Shown here in pieces: positions 53,153-64,000 of a stretch of 64,000 bases of DNA. The notes beneath the pieces were generated by a model that did not search any database, had not been told where the DNA came from, and was given only the letters and a program-made list of their open reading frames with translations. The DNA is from Phoronis australis (Eukaryota > Animalia > Phoronida): positions 62,001-126,000 of the forward strand of contig NMRA01000729.1 of assembly GCA_002633005.1 (NCBI GenBank), in the 5' to 3' direction. Position 1 is the stretch's first letter, and every line of letters starts with the position of its first letter. A program made the translations under genes and the position numbers.

Positions 53153-53414
53153 GTTTTACCTCGTGGTTGTTGAGCTGATGCCCACCAGTAAAGAGACCAG
53201 ATTAATAGATGTTTGGACGTTGAAAGGGTTCTGCGAGGCGAAGACTAATGGCAGTTATCGATATATCACTGCAAAGTTGACCGTCGATGACGTACTAACA
53301 AATGGAACAATCTTTGTTGGAGACGGAAAAGTTTACGGAGGCTACGTAAATGTGGCGCTTGAACAAGGCAAAAAATACAAGTTTAAATTCGGAGTTGTTG
53401 TTCAGAATGAAGTC
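53153..53414 (+). CDS. Receptor exon: receptor-PTP-type juxtamembrane domain, part 2
   Basis: aaacag/gtaagt, phase 2-0; FYLVVVE...YITAKL...IFVGDGKVYGGYVNVALEQGKKYKF matches the YIxA...FxxGDxxxYxGYxNxPL motif of receptor PTP ectodomains. Confidence 0.92.
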
Positions 53415-53589
53415 GTAAGTAACTTAAGTTCACAGTAAAGTTCACTGAATTTTGATTCTGTCCTGTACCGGCATTCGTTGAAGTAGTGTTCCATGAATGG
53501 TGAAAATGAAAATTCGAGTGACATTAATTTACAAAACCGAATGTCTTTTTTAAGTTGCATTCATATTTGTGTTTTGTTTCTTCTTTCAG

Positions 53590-53653
53590 GAGACCAAGGC
53601 ACATTTTCAAGTTTACCAGTTTAAAGAAATGTCTCCAAGTGGCTATATAGAAG
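53590..53653 (+). CDS. Receptor exon: stalk
   Basis: Long polypyrimidine tract then cag/gtttgt, phase 0-1; ETKAHFQVYQFKEMSPSGYIE. Confidence 0.8.
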
Positions 53654-53889
53654 GTTTGTTTATACTACATATTTCCAAGTTTAAAGTCCAAACCATAACA
53701 TGAAAATGGACTTAGAAGTGGTAGCTACGTGTTCTGCTTACTTGATATTTCGATTTTGCAGGTGCACTGACCACAACTATAGCTTTTGCTGAACTTCGAC
53801 GTGCTATAGGCTACATTATCATGTATTTCAAAACTGAACACATGACGCTGCAAAGAACTACCATTCATATTGCATACTGCATATTTTAA

Positions 53890-55536
53890 AGGAGAATGCC
53901 ACCCGATTTAATTAGTCCTTTTTGCCGTCTTAATTGGACTATATCCACATCGCCTCGCATACGGTCGACCTTACCTTGCCGAGAGGTGTCGCGATAACCG
54001 ATGAGGAAGGTGAGAAACCACTCAGCGACGTCAGTGGTTCACTTGCGGAGTGAATGCCGCTATGTTGCGGTGCATCGTTCCCGCTTTTCCGAACTATGCA
54101 GCTGCGAGGAAAGCAGGTGTATTGTTTTTTCGACTTCCTCGAGAGTCCGAAATGCTTAGGAAGTGGCTCGCGGTAGTGAAGAATAAAAAGTACGCTGTAA
54201 CTAGCAATTATGAGGTTGTGAAACATCTCTGTGTCTATGGCCTGCAGTCGTCGCGGGACAGTGCCTGACGAATGTCGGCTTACCAAATACCTATCTATAC
54301 GTACCGTTGTCTGAGCTTGTTCACGGCGCCTCTCTAGTATTTCTCCATCATTGTATTCCTGTTTGAACTGATAGCCTGTGAAACTTAACGATCCACCTGA
54401 GAAGTCTTCGTCGGGATGAGCTCTCGTCTAAGTCGGGATTGCGAGTTGTCATGTTGACGCTTATTACTGAGCGTTCCGTTTCAAAATGAATTATTCTCAC
54501 AAATAGCAATATTTATATAAAATTGAAACAAAGTCTGTCTCATTAGATGCAGTTTGTAATGCCTTTGGAGTGTTCGTGAGTGCAAATGATTTGACAGCCA
54601 GCAATGAATAAATCACTGCGTTACCGGCTTTAGGTGCAATAAAACTAATTGACGGGACACCGAGGCCGTGTGAGCTCATTCTAATTTAGTGTTTGCTGGC
54701 AGAAACTGTTGCGAAACAACTCGATTTCCATCCCACGGCCAGGTGTTAGGGGAATCTTTATTTACATTTACATTACTCAAATAATAATTGTCAATGTACA
54801 ACTTCTGCCCTGACGGTGCTGTGGCCAAAGCGGAACCTGAATTCGCGGCCCCCGACGAGTAAGTAGATTTGCAATTTCGTGGCTAATTTGCCAACATAAT
54901 CACGTGCACCTTACTTCTTTGACTCACTAGTATAGCATTTTCATGACTGGAAGGTTAGTTTCCAACTTTGGCTGGTTTGTGATCGTGATGTCTGATCGGT
55001 TTCCGAGCCACTTGCCGGGATATGACGAGTCAGTCCGTCCCCGACGGGCCCGATCGGGCTCCGAGCGGTTGGCCAGGATAACAAGCGTTTTGTGCGTTTA
55101 GAACTTAAAAAACAACACAGATCTGGGTTCTCCTGCCTGTATCTCACTGAAACATACTTCGAATTTATCTCCGAAAAGACCCCAAACTCCTGCTAAGAAC
55201 CTTATTGGCCTTCCGAACTTTGTAGGCTACAGTTTGTCCAAACAGCAATAAATCCGTAACAGCAAAATAAAACAACACGTTTTTATAAGAACTCGGTGTA
55301 TTTTTAAGGGTTTTACATCGAAGTTTGATGATTTATTGGTGTTAAACGATGAATTCAAGCAATAAGCTGACACCAGTAACCCGTGTTGAGAACTGCTGAA
55401 CAGACTGCGTGTGAAACCAATTACGTCAATGGATAATTTCAGGTGACAGGTAACGCAACCGTACGTGCCCTTATGGAGTAGAATTACTCGATCTGAGTTG
55501 ATACAAATTAAGTTGTTTTTTGGGTGGCATGCTCCT
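53890..55536 (+). mobile_element. Kolobok-like non-autonomous DNA transposon with THAP remnant
   Basis: TTAA TSD on both sides; TIR aggagaatgccaccc / gggtggcatgctcct; MLRCIVPA..GVLFFRLPRESEMLRKWLAVVK (THAP-like). Confidence 0.85.
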
Positions 55537-55625
55537 TTAAAGCTATTGGTTTGGTGTATTTATGTGAGAGTTGCTTATGTGTTTGCATTGCAAGTCATTT
55601 TTACTGGTATTTTCACCAACCCTAG

Positions 55626-55728
55626 CGAAGAACTATAAACAAGCCCGAATGACAACCGTAGGTGGCGCAATTGGTGGAGTTGCAGTGTTTCTACTGGTGG
55701 TGGTCGTTGCAGTTTTTATTTACCAGAG
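55626..55728 (+). CDS. Receptor exon: transmembrane helix
   Basis: ccctag/gtaaga, phase 1-2; TVGGAIGGVAVFLLVVVVAVFIYQR. Confidence 0.92.
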
Positions 55729-56549
55729 GTAAGATTGTAAAAACGGAAACAATGTGGCCGTGCCCGCCGCCGTACCCAGGCTGGCCCGACGGGTGCTTAA
55801 TTGCCACCCTCACGAGTAGATGAAGTCCACCTAAGGAATCATTTATGGGCAATTTAAGTCATCCTCATAGGGATTAAATTTGTTTGTAAAGAGAATGAAG
55901 AAACTATGACGTGAAAGATTGTGGACTGTGGAGTGGAAAACTAGCTGTGACGGGTACAGTCTGTCCATAGAAAAGCAAAACGTCCTCTAACAACAAGTTT
56001 GCACTTTCCCGTTGCAGTAAATGGCTACGGGCATTGTGGTCTGGCAAATTGCCGCGATAATTTGTCAACATGACGGGCAACTATGAACTTTTGGAGAACA
56101 ACCTTCTTTTAAAAATCCCCACCGTCGTCGACGGTGGTTTTGACATGACTTTCCATATCAAATGGCCCGCTGATGTAAAATGTTCACTGCGAATATTTTG
56201 TTTAGATGCATGTCCTATACAGATAGTCCAGGCCTGAATCAGAAATGTTGAACTGTGTTCTGATGTTTTAGCTGGTGTTTACTTAGTTTGAGTGATTATA
56301 GATAAAACACAATTGAGCGTGCAAATACGTGTTGCCTCAACTACAGTCACAAAATGTTGACAACTCCGTCCCGACGGTAATCATGCATTCACAAATTTTC
56401 TCCATGTGTTCATTGAGTCTATCATTACCGAGTGAAGGGACCTGCAATTACGATGGGCGGCCCAGCGCTGGGGGCTATAGCTCACCCAGCCCCTATAGTG
56501 CGCCACCCATGATAACATAGTTTCAAAGCAAAACATGACAAATTATGTA

Positions 56550-57319
56550 CCGTCAGAGGTCCTAAAGTCGTGAGTGCCCTAAAGTCGTGAACGATCTTAT
56601 TTCCTCTTCTGCGCGATCCTGCGACATCTGGCGTTGAAGTTTCCAGCGTTCGTCTGCTTACGAACGTCAAACGAATACCCGGACGAGTTCGTATTCACAA
56701 TATGATAACAAACAGTGAGTGAGTGGCTTCTTTTTTCAAATGTATCTTAAAAACAGCATATTTCACTAATTCACTTTTGGGGCATGTTTGGGATATATTT
56801 TCGAAAATATTTATCGTTCAGATTTACTCAAACACGCGCTCCAGGGGTAGCTTGAACAATGTATCAAAATGTCCCAGGGTCGATAAAGTTTTGTAAGGCC
56901 AAAACAATAAAATACAGAGCGATAATTGATGCTGGGTTCTTGGCGTTTTATGTGAACAACCTCATTGAAAACGTCTTTGCACATCAAAGTTGGGTGCAAA
57001 ACTTATAACAATTTATTTCAATTGAAACTGAATTAATAAACAATGCAATGCATTTTTATGTCATCTAGAGTAACTGTAAGCACTGTAGTTGACTTGTGTG
57101 GTCATACTTCGTACGTTTCCGTCTAAACGAAACGTTCACGACTTTAGGGCCTCATTCTCTGCTTACGGATACAAACAAGGATTAAGATTTTCAAAGCACG
57201 TATATATGTGAAGACTGATATATGTCCATGACATCACAAGAGCAGTTGCAAACGGACACTGGGTAGTATGACAATCAACTGCTTATTATGCTTATATTCA
57301 CGACTTTAGGTCACCGGTG
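56550..57319. mobile_element. TA-flanked MITE (Tc1/pogo-like)
   Basis: cctaaagtcgtga twice at the left end; tcacgactttagg at about 57137 and 57299; TA at both ends. Confidence 0.55.
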
Positions 57320-57364
57320 TATATTTATTTGGGCAATTTTACGTCCTGATTCATACGATCAAAC

Positions 57365-60075
57365 CAAGGAGTGTAGCAAAATAGGAGAGTTCACTTGCGA
57401 GTTCGCTGTTACCGCTACTACTAGCGCCGCCAAGTGGTGAACAAGCAACGGTCAACAAGGAAGCGCTAAAACAATGGGGAAGGATGCATTTTGCAGTACG
57501 ATAAATTGCACCAATTCATCCACGACAACCCCAGACGTGTCATTTTTCAGGTTTCCTAAGGATCTGGAAAGGTAAGTATTATCGGTTATTCAATAATATG
57601 ATACATTGTCTTTCATTTTGTGTGTTCTGTTCACGGTCGTTAGACAAGTCGACCGCAGTCCCGGTGCCGCTGTCAGTTGTCTGCACTGTAGGCTAGGCCT
57701 ACTGGGCAGCCGGCGGAAGGACTCTGATTAACGTACGATGTGATCCTTAGCTTTTTGGATACTTGCAGTCCATGTATTCCAAATCAAAATGTCACTCTAA
57801 TGATCGCAGAGATAATTTTAGGAAAACATACCCATGGCCATGGTTGAATATGAATCATCGTGGTGACACGGCCATGGCAGAATCACAGCCGCAGGGCCTC
57901 AAGTCTTTCATTAGTCAAGTTAGAGAATCTGTGGGTCTCGGTGAAAAGTTGTGTGGCCATTTGAGTCGTAGTTTTTTAGTTGACACCAAGACGCTTTTGT
58001 CACTATCACAATCACAGTACGACAGGACTTCTGTAGTGTAGTGTAGTTTAGTGTAGGCTATCAGTCTTCTGTGAACCTGGTATGAGGTTTGTTCCTGAGT
58101 CTCTCATTGATTTCTGTTCAGGTGCAAGCACTGGGAGCCGACCTTATGAATAGAGATGCAACCTACTTGTCCAAGAACTGGAACTTATGCTCTCATCACT
58201 TCGAGGAGTCCATGTTCATCAATGAAGAACAAGTTGGTATTGAATGCAGTGCCCGAGGAGTATTTGATGTCCCTAATCCACCAAAATTGAAGATGTCAAA
58301 AAGTTCTCCGGAAATAATGTTACAGCTGTGGAATAGGCTTTTTTGCATTTATGATTATCGTCTCACAAAGCAAGTACTGGAACATCACGCGTAGAAAGGA
58401 CAATAAGTCAAAATCTGGTTTTCGTATTTTACTAAGGTTGATCAGATTGAAACATTTTATGAATGGTTAGTCTATGATTTGAAGAGAGCCAAAATGAAAC
58501 TGATGGGTCTTTTAGAGTCTGAATGGTGTGCTGACATTTTGTTAAACCCAAGCTATCCGTATCATTTTGCTTCTCAATGACAAACACCTACGTGAGTAAA
58601 TTAGTTATCAGCTTCAACACATTTCCTTGGCAAAAAGAGCTGCTGTTTACTAGTCAATTAATAGAGAGTAAGAAGGTTGGTTAGATTTTCTTTTTGTATT
58701 GATGCATGCGTTGCCTATTTTGTAGGTTTTTGGAGATTGTGATTAATTTAAGCACCAGTTGTGGCTAGGTAACAAATATGATCTTGTGGTTTAGCTTTAT
58801 CTTACCTGAAATATTTACTGTTATTGATAATATGAACAGTGGGTATAGAAAATAAAATTTTTAGTTTTATCATCCAAGTCTTTTTAATTCAGTTCTGTGT
58901 GAAGTTGTGTGGCTAGTGAATATTTTGATTGCTGTTCAGTACCTCTTAACTTTTTTTCATGACATTTTGAACTTGGACTACTTATGAGTGGTGATATGCT
59001 CAAATGTGGGGGGCTCGAATTCCTGACGATGTTGACCCTTTACTAACAAATGAGTGAGCGGACTAAAAAAAACGGGACCACCACTGTGAATTGCGCTTTT
59101 GCGTTTCTTTTGTGGACTTTTGTCTCATTTTCTCGGACTTTTTTGCTCTCGGGGCGGACCTTTTTGCCCACTTCGCCAAATGGGGGGCTCGTTCGAGCCC
59201 CCTGAGCCCCCTGGGTGCGCGCGTGGGAGAGTGCGATCGAGTTTACCCTATGCTGGCATGTCTAAGAAATAATTGGATGTTCTAAAATTATATCACGATT
59301 TTGTGGTAGTGATGAATTGCTTTCTTCTTACATGTGTAACACCCACTGCACAAAACAAACGATTGTTCACATTACTAGTATCATGGTGCATTGAGTAAGG
59401 AACACATGCGAAATTGTTGGGTGGGGGTGAAACCAGCAGTGAGCTAGGAGACACATGTTTGTCAATGGTCAGGGGAGCAACCAAAATTTGTGACGATGGG
59501 AGGGGCTCAACACTCAAGTGGCATACCCCATTGGTTTTTACCTGTTTAGCACTTCTCCCATTTAACCCCCCTGGGAGGTGGTCAACACCCATATGGCGCC
59601 CACCTGGTTTTTGCCTGGTACCCCCTTAGCTGTCACCTGGGAGGAATTACCCTCTGAACCCCCAGGAGCAATCATTCAAATTGTGTAGTCCATGGAAGTA
59701 TGAACTGTTATAAGGAAAGATAATTTGCCTTGTTAAGAACTCAAGCATGAAACAAAACCGTGATAGATTTTGAAGGGAGCTTCAAGAGAATAAAAACAAA
59801 TACACTTTAATATTGATTAAAATACACATTTTCATTCTCATTCGATTATAAGTGGATGTTAGTTTACGTATTCTAACCATTTTCAATCACACAGTAATTT
59901 TATTGCACGTTGAATGTCATTAAAGTATGAATTCATCATTGTTTACATTTTTCGGACTGCGCTCCTAAGTAAGTGTTGATTATTCACCGCTTGGAGCGCT
60001 AGTGTTTCGACGGGTAACCATTGCGGCGAATGGTAAAATGGCGGAGTGAACTCTCCTGTACTAGTACACTCCTTG
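57365..60075 (+). mobile_element. P-superfamily-like TIR element with a spliced THAP domain
   Basis: TIR caaggagtgta......aggagagttcact at both ends; near-TSD atcaaac/aacaaac. THAP exon 57474-57571 MGKDAFCSTINCTN...FFRFPKDLER|gtaagt and exon from 58122 CKHW..ADL...LCSHHFEESMF...FDVPNPP (frameshifted). Confidence 0.8.
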
Positions 60076-62021
60076 AACAAACCATGAATTTAAACAAAGA
60101 TCATTACACCTCCGACATCATTACTTCCCCCCGTAAAGTCTCACATCAATTCGTTAAGTACGTCAGAGTAGCGCTGCATTTTATTTTAAAATCTTGAGGT
60201 GGAAAGCAAAGCAGACTGAAACTCAGCCAACACAATAGGTTCTCATGTATACTGGGTGGAGGCATATCAACTTCAATTAGTACTATCACTCGACAGACCT
60301 GTTTCGGAAAAACGACTCCAGGAAAGTGGTCCAGGATGGCGCAGCACCAATTGAAAAATATGAAGGAGAACCGAGAAAGGTCAGAGCGACAGGCAGGTGG
60401 CAACAAGGCAACTGGCACGGAGCTAGATGGAGGAGCATGATGTGACAAGACATGGTCAATGAAAGACGGCAACATTCAAGTTCATACTGATATCTAACTA
60501 CGACGTGTTAGCGAACCCAGTCAGGCTGCGTATGGAGGTTGACGAAGGACTTATCGTGCACTTTGTGCAACAAGCTGAAAAACCTTTCATTTTATTCTAC
60601 GGCATTGTCAGACAGTTCCTGCACATGGAAAAACGACCGAGTGTTGGGTGGTAATTAGAAATTGGAAAAGAAGAGTGAATGCCTGCAGTTCACTACCTTT
60701 TTGAGTGTTGGAGACTCAGCGCAGGGTCACGGAGAAGGCATCGCGTTGAATACACCAAAAGATAGGAAAATGGAGAACTAGATTCCTAAGAAAGACTGTC
60801 GAGACAACTCTAAGGTCAGAATTTGGGGCCGATGATAACTATGCAATTGATGATGTTGGCAATGACACTGTCAAGCGATGAGCCCTACAGAAGAAGCACA
60901 TGAGATAAGAAAAACAAGTAGCAGCAGCTTTGTGAAGAATTGCAAAGATGTTGAAGGCTATGGTGGTGAATGGGATGGGATGGAGGGGATCCGTAAAACA
61001 GTCAATATGGAGGACCTTTTGTGCATTAGATGTGACAGGGAAGGAAAGGATATAACTTTGGTGCAATGAGCGAGAGAGCAGAGAAGGCGGCACAAATAGT
61101 TTGGAGGAAGAGATAATGAACCAACCAGTCGTTCCAGACAACTTACAGCTGAAGCAGGAGTGATAAGATATTGATGATGCATCCGGAAGGAGGTCGACAT
61201 AAATCTGTCTCCACTTACCATTTGAGCTTATGTCCCGTAGACTATGAAAATGTCTCCATCGAATAAGAAATAAATAGGCATCCTATAAATTCATCCTCAT
61301 TGAGATCGTTGATACGTTTGGCAATGCACTTACACTTATCTGTGGCACGCTTTGAAACTTCAAGCGATGCATCCCGTGAGTTAATTAATTGAAGATCTTA
61401 ACAAGCTTGACGTAACATTACATTTTAGAGTTCTCTACGTTTCTGTGAGGTTTCATCAAGCGAAAACAAAAATTCCCACAAGTTATAGGATTTCCGGGAG
61501 TGATCTTTTAAAGCAGTTAGAAGCCTGTGTTCACCTGAAGACACTGACTTTTGATTTCGATCACTTTGCGCTGTATAATTCGTCTCAAATTGTTCCTTAC
61601 GAAGAAGTGACTTTGTTTCACAAATAACTCATAGATCCTTATTGCTCGAGACCTTGCTTGGAAAATAAAATGACAGTCCGAGACAAGTTAAGTTGTAGAG
61701 ACTGGTGTTTTGCAATAACGAACCGTCTGTTATTTCCAAGATCGGAGATTACATCGTTTCGACTAAAAACAGTTTGAGACTAGTTTCGTAACGACAAATG
61801 ATGTTAAGGTTGCATTTGTGACGGAATGGGGGTTTATAGCAGCATTACTGAAAGTTGTAGCTAATGAGAATAGCAAGTGGATTTGTGTGTGGAGTATCGT
61901 TACCCAACAAGATGAGTAGAGTACTTTGGATGTTGGTTGGAAGGCCCGTAATTTGTGTACCCTCGTTCTGTGTAGATACAGTGTGTGATTGAGCTTGTCG
62001 AAGACACACCCGCATAACTCT

Positions 62022-62596
62022 AGCTGGTTTCCTGCGTGCCGCTATGTAGTCAGTAGCCAACACGCAGGTATCATTTAATTTTCTTCGGGAATTTTTTTAC
62101 ACACCGGTGTTTCTGATTGGCTAGTCGAATTCTCAAAAAGCAGCGCTTTACGCAAACAAAATGGCATGACCGATGGACTGAAGTGTAAATGTGGTCTGTT
62201 GTACAGACAAATTGGTGCTTAAAATTTATGTTCAGGAAATGTGAATCCAAGAAATTGTGGTTGCGCCTTTTCGGAGTGTATCTTTTTCCTTTCGATGACT
62301 TTTGTTTACGATACTGTCCTGTATTCATACAGAATGAATAACACACCGGTTAATTGGCCAGATATGTGTTTATTGTACATGTATGTGCTTCAAGCACTTG
62401 GCTATTAAACATCACTGCAGAAAACGAAATACTTGCTGCGACGCCACTTTGCTGACCAGGCTAAAAATCGCTCACAGTCCGCCATTTTTCAAGGTGTCGT
62501 AATGCCAACCAATGATTGCTGAGATTACATCAATCAATGCTAAAGCTGTGCTCCTCCATGGTACCTGCGTGCTGGCTAGGCACGTAGGAAACAGCG
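62022..62596. mobile_element. TIR repeat, same family as the interior of 15833-16655
   Basis: gctggtttcctgcgtgcc..tagccaacacgcaggta is inverted at 62560-62596; interior matches 16230-16615. Confidence 0.7.
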
Positions 62597-62858
62597 AACC
62601 GCGTGATTAAGAAAGATTTAGCCTGTGGACAAATGTAATCTGCAAAGGGCTACCTGGCTAGCTAAGAAGTAGATGGCGGGATTTATACTATGCAGTCTGG
62701 AACAGCGTCAAAACAAATGACGACGGAGATCAGCTACCTGATGGCGGGGCACGAGCCGATGACGTCAGTTTGGGCGTGTAAAAGTTATATCAAAATGTAT
62801 GCTTTACCTGTTCTGGTACTTGCCAGTTTCTCATTTTTATCTACTCTGACATTTCCAG

Positions 62859-62932
62859 GCGACGTCGTTCAGTTAAAAAAGAGAAAGCTGTCGATGTTGA
62901 ACTGGACACTATCAGCCCTGGCGATGACTCTG
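62859..62932 (+). CDS. Receptor exon: cytoplasmic juxtamembrane
   Basis: Strong acceptor tttttatctactctgacatttccag, gtaata donor; phase 2-1 fits the TM exon; RRRRSVKKEKAVDVELDTISPGDDS is a basic stop-transfer segment. Confidence 0.85.
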
Positions 62933-63103
62933 GTAATAATAAAAGCTTTGTAGCAAATTTAGACATATTTCATGAAAATACAGCACGTGGAAATAATGTA
63001 CATCAATCATTTAACTTGACGAACATGTGTTCCTAACATCCAGTGTGATGTGTTGGCTGCACTTAATTCAATCTACCGGTTCCGCGGCGTGTTTATTTTG
63101 CAG

Positions 63104-63175
63104 ACTGGGTTTCTTGTGATGAGATCATGCAAAATCAGATCATGCAAAATCACGCGAGTGAAAAAGAAGTTTTTT
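63104..63175 (+). CDS. Receptor exon: cytoplasmic tail
   Basis: ttttgcag/gtaagc, phase 1-1, open; DWVSCDEIMQNQIMQNHASEKEVF. Confidence 0.65.
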
Positions 63176-64000
63176 GTAAGCATGGTCGATACCTAACTAC
63201 CGTATCCTAGTAAAATGGCAGCCATATAAATGAAGTTTGAATGTTGAATATTGTGGTACTAATCATGAATTATGGGCAGAATTCTATTTCCAGTCCATAA
63301 GCGAAGATTTATCGACAAAGTTAACCTCTCGTTGAGTATACACAACGCCAGCTTGGTCAAACGGCTAAACATCTGCGTTGTTCTCGATGACGGCTTCCTA
63401 CTTACAAACCAATTCGGAGACCTTTTCGTGGACCAGGGTTCTTGGAAGAAAAGCAAAATCTAGCATGAACTCGCAAAATTATGCGCTAGTGAAAAGCAAT
63501 TGTGTGGAGGCACTGTATTCTGTTCTGACAGGGTTTTTTTTTTGGCAGTGTACACATCGCTGAACTTGTTGCCTTTCTTCCAGTCAGTTGAAAAATCTAA
63601 GAACAAAATCAAAGGTTGTGAGTCATTTCACTTCAAAAGCGCTACACATGATCACAGAGGCCTTTTTTGTCTCATGGTGGTGACCTTTTCACTTCCACCA
63701 AAAATGAAAAGATGAAACGAGGCTACGAAAAAGGATTATAAAGTAAATTTACTACAGTTTCCACAAATTTGGTTCAAAAGTGCTGTCATCCAACTCGAGT
63801 TTTGTAATCTGGATTGTTTGAGGTCTAACGGAAATCCCAGCAGATTCCTCAGACGGCTACGCAACAACTCAGCATTTTGACGAAAAGTGGATCTATTGCC
63901 GAACTAGGGGACTTTTATTATGCTCAACATGTTTCCAAACCAGATTTACTAAACCGACTTGTAATGCTACCTAGAAACTCGCCAATCTCGGTCTATCCCA

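Noticed and set aside
60199-60238. Candidate juxtamembrane exon RWKAKQTETQPTQ*
   Set aside because: Rare GAG acceptor; 62859 has a far better acceptor and a basic stop-transfer sequence
60240-61270. Purine-rich region, possibly RTE-LINE fragments
   Set aside because: Too degraded to support a call
1-64000. CRISPR arrays, operons, rRNA genes
   Set aside because: None seen; the sequence is eukaryotic with spliceosomal introns and no regularly spaced repeats

Overview
AT-rich animal (probably marine invertebrate) genomic DNA with spliceosomal introns, so most of the supplied ORF track is noise. The right part (about 28.9-63.2 kb, + strand) holds one large multi-exon type I membrane receptor gene. 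I could splice it by hand into 23 phase-compatible GT-AG exons (about 1260 codons): Tie-type Ig1 - KRINGLE - Ig2 - Tie-type EGF repeats (4 plus a half-EGF microexon) - 6 FN3 - receptor-PTP-type juxtamembrane FN3-like domain - TM - start of a cytoplasmic tail. The signal-peptide exon and any catalytic domain were not identified. The left part (1-24.5 kb) is an old, TE-riddled inverted duplication. Each arm carries two divergently oriented, apparently intronless, decayed ORFs of unknown family (called X and Y here), and a third Y copy lies in an intron of the receptor gene. Many TEs are recognisable: Tx1/L1-like and CR1/L2-like LINEs, AcademX-like, Harbinger, Kolobok-like and P-like THAP elements, and Mutator-like MITEs. 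All alignments were done by eye; no database searches were run.
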